A DNA stretch of 64,000 nucleotides from Minutocellus sp. GHC0000111 (taxonomy: Eukaryota): contig OZ361257.1 in NCBI GenBank assembly GCA_977018835.1, positions 3,410,001 through 3,474,000 on the forward strand, given 5' to 3'. Under the pieces are notes generated by a model that was not told the DNA's origin, searched no databases, and worked only from the letters and a program-made list of their open reading frames with translations. Shown here in pieces: positions 34,801 to 46,500 of the stretch; within the stretch, counting starts at the first letter, position 1, and each line of letters opens with the position of its first letter. A program made the position numbers and the translations under genes.

Positions 34801-37690
34801 TCGCCACTCGCGACGCCGTATTCTGCATCGAACACAAGATCCTCCTCATCATTATCTGCTTCATTGCCAACGGCTCCGATCATCAGCGTTGCAGGTTGGA
34901 ATGTAAGCTGCTCCTTCGCCTCATTTCTGCTCCGGAACATGTCCACTGCGATGTCTTCGGCCTTGGCCCGCTGCACTAGTTGCTGATTACAGCCTCTGAG
35001 TTTCAATCGCTGCGAGGAAGTCTTCGGGAAAGGTAACGACACATAGGCCAACAGGACAATTGGCCAATCCCCTCTCGAAGCAATGCTTGTTTTTAAATCA
35101 ACTTTCGTCGTGCTTGCGGTTATGTTTGCGAGATGATCGACATCTTTAAATTCATCTTCATCGTCACTATCATTGTCACTCTTGCCGCTGCCCTCACTAC
35201 TCTGCTCGTCTCTATCGCTGCCACTCGAGTCGTCGTTATTGGATGCCTCGCTGTTGGCTTCTTCGGCTTCATCGTCAGCGTTATCGATATTATCAATAGA
35301 TTCGTCGTTAACTGGAGGTGCATTGAAGTCCTCTTCTTCCATCGGTAGGGCTTCCTGATCATTGGTGTTTCCTTCGGTACTAACCTCGGCGTTATCGACG
35401 GCACCATGAGGCCTGTCAGTTTCCAGAAGTAGCGTTTCTCGGCTGGCCATTTTTCGACTCTCCCGCCTTGGTGTAGCAGCGTCGACGAATAGCCTCGAGC
35501 GTTCAGTCTCGCTCATTTCTTTATCTGAGGCGTCATCGCTGAGTTCGTCAAGATTTAGAAAGGTATCCTTTTCGAGCGTATCAAGATGGGCTTTTGTTTC
35601 CTCACCCACCCTCGCGAAATGGGCTTGTAGATAGTCATTAAGGATGGCCGCCCCATTAGGAGCCACACGGTCAATTTCATCCAATACTTTGGCCACTTTC
35701 ATCAACTCTGTCTTTGCGACAAATCCTTTACTTTCCCAGAGGGGCGTAATATTCTGCCATCTGCCCAATCCAACTTCATACCATATGTCATACTTCAAGA
35801 GACATTTGACAGCAGGTCTCGAGCGCTTGGCAAAGAGTAGTTTCATTACTCCGATAATATAGCTCTGGGTGTTCATGTTCACCTCTTTATTCCTAATCAG
35901 TTGGACATTGTCTTTCAAGAACTGGCCCAGGCAATAGGGAGTCATGGCATTATATCCGACCCAACTACCAGTTGATTTTGTGTTCGGACCGATCGTTGGA
36001 AGAAATTCATGAGATCGAAAGAGGTCGTGGATGGATTGCCGCTCTTCTCCGCTTGTCGCAAATCGTAAGTCAAGATCATTTGAAATAGGGCCCTCTGTCA
36101 ATTCTCCAAGAGCAAGAGTCGCCAATAGCCCTTGTACAAGGAAAAGATAGACGAGATATCTCTTTTCCTTATTGTCCGCGAAAACATCAGGACCAACATG
36201 ATCGTCCTCACTGAGAAGTGTTGGTACCGTAGCCCTGAGATGGTCAATTGCGTTAGTCAGAAATAAATCTATCAACTGAGGAAGCGAATCTCGATGAATG
36301 CAAACAAAGAATTCCGCTCCGCGTCTTTTGAGTTCTCCGCCAATGAAAGGATGGTAACTGGCAAAAAGTTTATCGATAACGTCATCGTCACCGTCCCTAT
36401 TGATGTAGTCTGGCACGATGCCAGAGTCAATTATGTCCATGCATTTCAGGATACGTTCGATGTTATTATTGGAAACGAATGGATAAAATGCAAGCGCGGC
36501 AGAGGGGTCTTCTATCCACAGGTTGTCGAGGTTCTCCACTTTCCCCCCTGGTCGCCGATCACGGACGAGTTCACATTCTAACAGGGTCTTTGTTGGTTCG
36601 CTGACGTCTCGCTTTCTAAGCAACGTCTTCATTATCCCGAAGAGAAAGCTCTGCACGTAATTTGCGTCACGACGATAAGTCTGATATTGAGAGTTTGTGT
36701 CACCATGATGAGAAGGGAGCACTCCATAGTAAAATCCCCACCATTCATGATTGAGATCCTCGGTGAATTTTCCGAGCGTCAGTTCACCGGCGAAACCCTC
36801 GTTATCCATTATCTTCATCATTATTCTAACGTCTTAGCTGCGCATGATGAGATTACGTCGATACGGATTTAGGTCATCCAAGTTGTCATCTACCTCGCCG
36901 TAAGTGCGATAGGCATGAATGCCCTGCGAGACGAGTGAATACACCAGCATTTTGAAAGCTCCAGTGCTCCCAAATCCTTCAGTGTTCAATCTGATACAAG
37001 CGCCCCTATCGTTTCCATCACCAGCGGCACCAATATCTTCACCATTAATTGCAGGGTCAGTGGCCCCGAAGTACTTCAAAAGAGCACGAAGAAAAAGGAC
37101 CGAGAGCTTGACCGTTGAAGCCTCGCCAATGCATACACATATCTTTCCATTATGATTGAGAAACGTTGCTTCGATACCGGCAGCAGTCAACAGTTGCTTA
37201 ATTCCTTCATCTGGGAGTTGGATTTGGATTTGCTATGTCACGTAAATAAAACAATGTATAAGTCAAAGGAGAGTTAGATCTCGTTTTGGGTTTTCCGAAT
37301 GAATACTGGGTATTCAAAAGGAAGAACGTCATATAATCATCATGATTACGTCATGGAAATAAATCAGCACGAAAAAAAAAGAAAAATTGTTCTCCTTGAA
37401 GGGAAATATTGCTACCGCTGGATGATTTTGATTGCAACTCAAAATCACACACCAATGGACAATGATTGTCGACGTTCCCTTTCATGTGTCATCAGTGCGG
37501 GGAATTCCCTTTCGCTCTTGGTCAGTCGAAAATATGTGTTGATCTGATATCAATCGCATGCTCATTCACCGAAATGAACACAGAAATAGTTGATACTTAC
37601 ATCGTTGCTCCCAGCCTTCGCCGCACGCCGAGAGTTGCCGCTGTCACCAGCATCCTCGCTTCCATCTGGGGGATCGCCAACCGTGGCCAT
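31862..37690 (-). CDS. Large orphan gene (~1,750 codons); exons 37690-37601, 37232-34555, 34463-32749, 32628-31862; one in-frame TAA at 36834-36836
   Basis: All three GT-AG introns are phase-compatible and join the separate ORFs into a single 5,250-nt frame. Confidence 0.65.
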
Positions 37691-37728
37691 GGTCACTTCT
37701 TTGTTACGAGGCGGATGATGAGTGGACG

Positions 37729-39330
37729 TCAATATGAGCGATGTATCGTTCGTTGTACGAAGAAGCACCTTACTTTGCGATCGGTATCAGATTTTTTTTT
37801 CCAAGTTTTGTGAGCGAATGGTCCGGTATTTTCTCGGAATTCGCAGAAATCTTGATTCGTTCGACCGGATGTCAGAATAGAAAAGCCCTTTGGTGTCGCC
37901 GTATCTTCATGTTCATTCTCGCACGTGTATTCATCTTTCATTATTTGAGAAAAGTGATAAGTGCCAGTCCATCTCAACGATTCGACCAACGCTCTTGGCA
38001 AGAGCGTCCCATCGAAAGAAAACATTGCTCAGAGGTCGCCATATTCCACGGAAGATAAGCGTAAGTGCCCTTCGCGTTTGCGTCACTCAGTCGTGGCGCC
38101 GCTTTTATTCAGTGCGACTTGTACATTTATTGCTCGGGATCGTCGCCGCGTCTCGGTTTCGTTCCAATGAATCGTATGATCATGTCAAGTTGATTACTCT
38201 GTTCATTTGTAATGCTGGAAACGAGTCGCCCATTGCGCTTGAATGGTCGCGCAGTGCAGGTGATCGATCTTTACCATCGGGTCCCAAGCTTTCATCACCA
38301 TCGTTGTCGGCGATGGGCAGGAGCGGCATGCATGGGCGGCATACCGATTGCGCATCGCATGGCGCGTGGCATGGTGGCGGTTCCTTATTTTTGACGCACG
38401 AGGGAAAGACATTATTTTGGGAGTATTTTTCCCTTTAAACACCGGGAGGTGTTCATTCGGAATGCCCGAAAAGTCCACACATCTGCACGTGCAACTGTGA
38501 TTTTACACCTTTCTAGTTCTTATGATGTTAGTTGTTACTATGTTTCTTCCAGCTGCTATGTCAAGCACTGGCTCTCCTAGCAGGAACCTGCGCAGGCTTA
38601 AGAATCCAGCAAGGGGCATTGCGCCTGTCTCTACGAGGTTGACGACACCCACAACTTTGGCTCTGCCTGAGGTTGTGACCACACCAGAGAGGTTCACTGT
38701 GAGCTTGTAGCCACTGGCTCCACCACCACGGGCCTCCTTGGCACTCTTGTACTTCTCTGGACAACGTCCTTGGTCGCAAACGTACCAGCTAGCTGGAATG
38801 CTCCCATCCTTGTAAGGAAGGCAGCAATCTTCCGCAACGAAGCATCGGCAGCCCAGCGTCCAGGGGGAACGCCGTCAGTCAAGAAGGACATGGCTTCCTT
38901 GATGTCTTTGTCCATCAAAACTGTGTTCAGGGGTGAAGGATCAACAACCTCCAGGTTGCACCCCTTGAAAATGACCCAACAGGAGTGGTTGTCCTGCTCA
39001 ATCTGAGAGCCAAGCTTGGCCCACCGCCCACCGCCGTTCACCATCATGTCAGTGTAGGCCTCCTTAAACACTTTGGATGTCACAACTTCGTGCAACATTT
39101 GCTCCAGGCAAACACAGCCTCCTCGGCAGGAGGGCGAATCTTCTCTGACACGTCCAGGGAAAACATGGTGGTTGGTTGGTTGTGATTGGAAAAGCTGACC
39201 GACCCAGTCTTGGAGTGGGACAGCTTCCCAACATCAGCACCGCAAGGAATGTCGCACAAAGGAACCTCTTTGGCACTCTTTGCAAGGTCAGAGAGGCACG
39301 CAAGATGGGGGTTCTCGGTCAAAGCTTGAA
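37729..39330 (-). pseudogene. Degraded second orphan gene of the element; probable intron ~38384-38508
   Basis: Chain of broken minus-strand ORFs (39080-39322, 38694-39098, 38203-38478, 37729-38025), partly in CpG/TpA-eroded DNA. Confidence 0.35.
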
Positions 39331-40019
39331 GAGAGTGTCAATGAGAACATCAGGAAAAAAACGTTAAGCGCAAAAGTCATGAAGGAGGTCAAACACTCAG
39401 TCACAAATTCAGTCAGACCCCATTTTGCAATCAAAAAATCAAAAACTGTAATCAAACTACATAGTGATCAAAAAAGCCCCTCTTGTTTGCACCTGTTTGC
39501 TCCTCACTGTGTGCTTCAACTTCTTCTGCTAGTGCACCTCTCACTCATTTTTGTGTTCTTCACCTCCAGTTTTGGCACACATGGCATCTCTATCAGTGAT
39601 GCCAGACAGGAGAAGTCTGTTCTTCCCCCCCTTTCAGGCCTCAAAAAGCAATTGCCGTGTCAACTCCCTGTGCTCGTGCACTCGCCTAGTGTTGACGAGG
39701 TGTCAATGGCTTGCAGCTCAACCAGCGTGTTCCAGCAACACAGGAGGCTCTTCAAGATGATGAGAAGCTGCATTGTTTCCTTAAATGTTGCCGAGATTGG
39801 GAGCACAGTGGAGCTGAGCAACACAGGGAACACTGTTGCAAAGCCCTCAGTTTTTGTGACAGCCCCATCTTGGTGCTTGGTGCTTGAAGTCAGCCCTCTT
39901 GGTGTGCCATCAAAGGGGTTTAGCTACTTTTTCATGGACAAGAAGGTAAAGGAGAAGATGAGCTTTGCTCTTTTGCACCAGACGCTAAAAAGCGTGGGCT
40001 GGCAAGGGCTTCCCTCAGG

Positions 40020-43000
40020 ATGAAGCTGATGCCAGCAGCGCACAGCCCATGCCTGGTGAGGCTGTCTGCCAGCTTGGTTGCCGGCCCCAAAGAAGTTTGG
40101 TCAATCAAGGTCCGGTCACCCTTTGGATTGCCATTTGAAGTCAAGGTGAAAAGGACCTGCAGTGGGCGGAACTTGTGGCTTCAAGTTGTGCTTGCCACTG
40201 AGAAGCTAGCAGGACGGGGCACAGTGGACATTGACTCTCTTTATGATGGGAACCGATACGACTGTCCCCTGCCACTCTGCTGCTTGGGGTTGAGCAATGG
40301 ATGCACAGTGGACGCAATTGACAAAAAAGACCAAGAGTGGGTGATCTTCATTAAGTGCCCTGATGGCTCAGTCATCGCCACGCCGGCTAGCAAGGAAGAA
40401 AGTTGCATTGATTTACATCGCAGAGTGGCAGCAATGCTGGCAACTCAACTGCCGGTGTCGCCATCTGACGTGTACACGACGTTTGGGTCAAAGCTACTAG
40501 AGCACACAAAGGCAAAGTTGTGGGAGACAGGAATGCACAATGGATCAACTGTGATGGCAAACATTCGTCTTCGCGGTGGCGTCTGCGTTCCACACACCGG
40601 CAATCTCAAGCGGAGGCAAAATCAGGTAAATACCAATCACCCGATTCATGGCTTGGTTCCGAAAGAATACCCCCTGGTATTCAAAAAGAACCTACACTAG
40701 CTGATGATCACAGCCCCTTACCTAGGTACTGCTAGCACGCTAACTTTCAATTTTAAAATTATGTTTTACACAATGAACAGGTATCAAAACAAGAAAAGCA
40801 GCGACTGAAAAATGCTAGACGACACTTAGAACAAATTAAAAGGAAGGAGAGCATACCCAGGATGAACATAAAGCCACCGCATCATGACCGTCTTCGCGAC
40901 TATGATGCTCTTCATGTGCAGCAGCTATGGGAAGACGCAATAGAGTTGGACGTTGATTTGAGTGCTTGCGATCCATATCGTGCACTGAACAATGACAAGT
41001 ACAAAATCGCCATTGGGCAAGCCACCAAGGTAATATCGGCAGCGAGGAGGAAAAGAGACGCCCACTTCAGGAAGGAAGATATGTACGCAATTAATCGCCA
41101 AGCATTCCGAGCATCAACCTATGCCGAACAGAAGGTACTCGAATCGCTCATGCGATTTGAATCGAGAATGATGCAACTTCACCATGATGTTTGCTCTTTG
41201 TGCAATGAGTGCAGCATTGATATGACTGTAAACAAGAATAATGTCTGTCGAAGGTGTGCAAATAAACGGACGAAAAATGATTATACGAAAGAAAATGCCA
41301 TGATCCCACTGTGGATTGATGATGAGGGTAAGGAGCATCTAGAGGTTCCTCCGGAACTAGAATGCCTCACTATTGCCGAGAAATTATTGATCCAGCGCGT
41401 CTCACCGCTCGTGCCAATACATCACATTAAAAATGGCAATCTTGGAATAAAGGGGCACGTTTGCTCCTTTATGCAAAATATCGAAGATCTAGCTTCGTCG
41501 CTCCCAAAATTACCTCACCAAGTCAAAGCAATACGGATGATTCGAACTCACGAAAATAGCGACGGTCTTCCGGTCACGACAATGTACACTGTGAATCGTC
41601 GTCGCGTCATGAATGCTCTCCTCTGGCTCGTAAAGCACCACTCTGATTATAGGCAAGCCTACGAGAACGGTGAATTGACTATTGATGAAACAAATCTTGA
41701 CTGGATGCCCGCCGGGATAGATGAGGCTGATCTCTTATCCGTTACTGACATAGTGCACACCGAAAAAAATGATAGTCTCGCTGATACCGAGGAGACTGGG
41801 GTGTCCAATTCCCAATGTATCGATCCCCTGATGATTGATAATGATGAAGAGGAATGCTCAGGTTTCTCGTGTAAAGAGGCAACATCGCTCACCAACGAAA
41901 ATCAAGAAGCAATGATAAATGCTTTGAAGGAGGCAGCAGGCGAGCAGAGCGACGTATCAAAGCTTGATTGGCCACAGACCAGCTATCCCGATGCCATTTC
42001 GGAATATTCCAATGTACGCATCTTCACGAATGCATTCCCTTGGCTTTTCCCGGGAGGAACAGGTGATTTCCGCGATCTTGACCGTGAATCAGACATAGAC
42101 GTAGCAAATTGGGCACAACATCTTCTACGGCAGGCCGATGGAAGATTTCAGCGAGACAAGCTCTGGGGATTTTTTGTGTGTAACTACTGCCAAAGACATC
42201 GTAACAATTCTAGCGGAGGATACTTCATCAACAATCACATCAGCGATCCGCCCAAATCTCTCGATGAATTGAAGGAACAGCTAAGGAAAGGCGACTCTTC
42301 CTTTGTTAGCAAACTCATTTTCTACAGCAAGCGAGTTCGTGGATCAGATTCATACTGGCGGTCAGAACGCTCAAAATTATACACATGGATTTCTCACCAC
42401 ATAGAAGCCAATCACGGAGCGCCAGACATATTCATGACCCTCTCCTGTGCGGAATATTTTTGGCCGGATGCAATACGGCTCCTAGAAGAACGCATGTGGA
42501 TCGCGGAAGGGAGGAAAATCGTAAACGGAAATCGATGCTTTCGCGACGGACGGAGGATTGACCTAAGCAATAATAGGGTCGATCGAAACAGAGCCGTCAA
42601 TGACTATGCCCTCGTAATTCAACAATATTTCATCAAACGTGCAGAGAATTTCTTGAACACCGTCGGAAAGGAATTACTCGGCATAAAATATTATTGGGGC
42701 CGAATGGAATTTGCCAAAGGACGGGGGCAGATACACATCCATCTTCTTGGTATATTGGACAAGACCATGACAAGAGACCTCCAGGACCAGCTAAATGACG
42801 GAGGCAGAAGTCACGCCGATCAGGCCAAACTCGTTGGGGACTGGGCAGAACGGGTCTTCGGCATGACTTCATCCATCGACAGGAATAGCGAGTGAGTATA
42901 TGTGCAAATTGAATCAAAAACCAACATGATCAGACGCGACAAGGTCTCATGATCCCTCTTCCTCCTTTCTCGACAGGCCTGCTGACGAAAGCGGTAACAT

Positions 43001-46000
43001 GGGAGCAAGCAAACAACGTCTCGGCGAGGTTTCCGACTATCGTAAGGACGAGGCTCGCCTCTGTTTTGAATGCCAACATCATAAATGCGGGAGCTACTGC
43101 ATGCGAAACCATCGTGCGAAGAAAAATAAAGAATCAGCAAATTCCCCTCCCAGCACACACGAGACGAATTCAAGCACCGCAAAACCAGATAAACGACGAT
43201 ATTGCCGTGCCGGAACAGGATACGAGAAGACCCCAAATGCTTGCGATACACCAGGATTCCAATTACGTTAAGACCATGCCATCACCCGTGATGATCGTGA
43301 TTTCCTGAAGCTCGAAATGAAGCGGAACAATCTTCGCATGATTCAGACCCCACTCAACGTTCTAAGAGGATGGCGTGGCAATTGTGATATCAAAGTGTTA
43401 TTATACGACTGTCACGACAGCGAACCAACGCCAGAGGACATAGCCGAAGTTACCGATTATGTTGTCGCTTGCGCATGCAAAGGAAACGAGACACTGGCCA
43501 CCGAACGCGACACTATTACAGCCATCGTCAATCGGTGAGTGCTGCGTTGGATGCAAATGTACCAAAACGGGACCAATTCCATTTGAATACCCGCGAGTGT
43601 TCAAAAAGAATCTGATCCCGCGTCTATTTCCGTTCATTGTGTCATTTTCACGCTGTAACGCGCATGTATGCTCAATCCCCTGATTCGACTTCCAGTGCTG
43701 AGGAGTTATCAGGAAATATTGATGATGTAATCACATTGGCCAGGAAGCTGCTCAACAGAGCCGTGGTCAGTAGACTTGTGCCAAAACAAGAGTGCATGGT
43801 GGAGCTAGACAAGCTTCCCTTGATCCTGTGCACGGAGACCATCGAGTCAAAATTATTAGTTTGTCCGCCGCCGGGGTAGCTACAAGCTCACATCAGACAC
43901 CCACAATGGACTGGTTGCCAAATACAGAAAAATAGCTGCCAAGAACCCTAACCTTTCGCTCAGTGACCTGTTCCAACAACAAATTGGCAGCAAGAACACT
44001 GAGAAAGCTGTCATTCCACATTGGATAGGAGGGAGGGGGCAACCAACATTCCCAGTCACTAAGTAAGGACTACATGCCAGAATGACGCTGCTAGTGCACA
44101 GGCCATGGAGAGCATCAACACCTCCCCGGCTAAGCAAAGAGCAATGGATCAAAGAGTTCAACAACTTTCTTTCTGACTCGTGCTGCCCCCAGTCAGTCAA
44201 GATTGCGCACGCCAGGGTGAGAGAGCGCAAAGTGAAGAAACGCCACAGTGAGCCAACAGCAGAAGATGAAGAATGCTATGACTACGAGGCTCACGGAGAC
44301 ATGGATGATGAAACCAGAGACATTCTCAACTTGGTCAAAACCAATGCAGTCAGCAACGACCCAGGAGTGACCATTGGGGACTTCAAGTTTGACAGAGGGC
44401 TAAACTATGACTGGTCTCAGAGAATGTTCCCCCCCTGCAAGAGACGCCATGCTTGAAGGGGGGTCCTGGCTAGAAGAAGCAGTCAGCTCAAAAGATGCAA
44501 CAGAATGGACACCTTTTACCACTGAAGTAGATGGAAAGCCCATGGCAATTGATGCGTCAATGGTGAAAAATGACCAGCAGGAGTTGCTTCTGACAGTGAT
44601 GAGCAAGGTCAAGGAGTGGGTGGAGTGCGCCACTTCAAGTGATGTCAACAAAGCCAGGTCTTTCAAGCCACTCTACTTGACGGTGCAAGGCTGCACAGGA
44701 TCAGGCAAGAGCTTCTTCATTAAATGCTTGGTGAACACAGTGAGGGAGGTTTTAGGAGAGAAAAACGTCATCCATGTGGTTGGCCCCACCGGTGCAGCAG
44801 CATGGTCAGTCAGTGGGAGGACAGACAATGCACAGAAAGTTTGGAATAAACCCTCACTCTCCATCGTCTTTCCCTTCAGAAAAGCAAAGAGAAGAGACAA
44901 TGATGAAAGACAACAGAGTGGCAGTTGTTTACGTGCTTGATGAAAGCATGTACACAGCAGACAACCTTGGGGCTGCTGAGAGGAATCTTGCAGCAACTGC
45001 TCATGGAGGAGGCCACGAAGGAGAGCTGTTCGGGGGGGTGCCCATCTTTCTGCTTGTGGGGGGGATGACTACCAGCTGCCCCCACCAACAAACACACAAA
45101 AGGGAGCATTTGACACAGTTGGAGGGCAGCCTTCACACTCACAAAGGCAAACTGGAGTTGCTGCATCAGGAGCACAGCTTTTTCTCGACACATCTGAAAA
45201 GTGCATGGAACTCAAGAAGACAATCAAGCGTCAAAAGTCAGATCAGGTTGAACTCGTCAGCATGCTGGGAAGGCTTCGGTCAGGACACCCAACACCACCA
45301 GCAGATGATGCAGACAAGCTAATGCAGTACCACCTCACCAACTTTGGAAATGCAGAAGTGGAAGCCATCACAAGCACAGGAACAACCAACCATGCATCTT
45401 TATTTTGCAAAAAAGGCGCCGCCAAGGGATGAGTTCAACTACCAGAAGCTACAAAAGGTGTCCAGTTCAAGCAACCCAGTGGCCCTGGTGAAAACCAAGT
45501 GGGAGTCCACATCAGGGAAGGCAGCTGTCCGCAAGGCACACTTTTCCAAACCCACCAGCAAATGCAACAGTTCTTAGCAGAGAGGCGCCCATGGTCTGCC
45601 TGGCAGACCGAAACTTTGAACCAGAGTGTGGGGACTCTTCAACAACAGCGTGGGAGAGGTAGAAGAAATTATTTTCGAAGAAGGAAGAAATCCAAACACA
45701 GGAGACCACCAACCATGCTACGTGGCAGTGAAGTTCCCTCAGCAGTACAGCGGTCCGGTCTGGGACCCCCCCTGAAGCCAAAGGTAAAAGAACTAGATTC
45801 TTGATGAACACCGAGGGGTGTTCTTTTGGAAGCCAAGCCGTGAGTCAGGTCATTGGTTGTTTAACTGCACCAGTTTAACTCACACCCAACAACCTCCTGC
45901 TGCCTTTCCCCCCTCATGTGAAAAGGTCGTTCCAATTCCAATGACAGCCATGATGTGCAAAAAAACAAGTAAGTGCTGCGCAAAGCCACTTACTGCCCCC

Positions 46001-46500
46001 CCACTCACACCGTCATTTGCAAAAACGTGCCACACATTCCAAGGACAGTCAGCAGGACCAGTGAGCCATGGCCAGCAACCAAATGCGGTGGACCGGGTGA
46101 TTGTGGACCCAGGAGAGACAAAGGAATGGAGGGAAAGAACCCAGGGCTGCTCTGCATGGCAGTGTGTCAAGAGCAACCACCATTGGCGATGCTAGCAACA
46201 ACAGCAGTGAGCAGAGAGGGAGACGGCAAGACTCAGCAATCAACTTCACTGGGCACAACATGACTCGAAACAGAGTGCTGAATCTGACACTTAAAAAAGA
46301 TGGGTCAGAGCACCAAAGAGTGCAGTTGAGACGAAAGTGTGTGGGCATCCCGAGTGGAAGAAAACACAGTGGGGGGATGCAGCTGGCTGAAGGAGAAACA
46401 CCAGAGACACAGTGCTGAGCTGCTGGTGCAGGAACTTCCGTGCGAGCAAAGACACCCTTGATGAAGCTGCGAGCAACTGGAGCTGGCGCAGGAACCTGAA
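40020..46500 (+). pseudogene. Helitron-like RepHel: ubiquitin-like domain + HUH endonuclease (Rep) + PIF1-type SF1 helicase; introns 40626-40780, 42892-42976, 43535-~43658, ~45784 onward; helicase half disrupted
   Basis: Rep motifs LTIAEKLLIQR, AFPWLFPGG, GSDSYW, PDIFMTLSCAE, YWGRMEFAKGRGQIHIHLL (HUH), WRGNCDI, DYVVACACKG. Helicase motifs QGCTGSGKS, VGPTGAAA, GQTMH, VLDES, FGGVPIFLLVG, DYQLPP, HTFQGQS. In-frame TAA at 43269-43271 and many later frameshifts. Confidence 0.9.

Noticed and set aside
32686..45831. Dyad repeats read as a CRISPR array
   Set aside because: Copies are kilobases apart and intronic, with no spacers and no cas genes; the context is eukaryotic.
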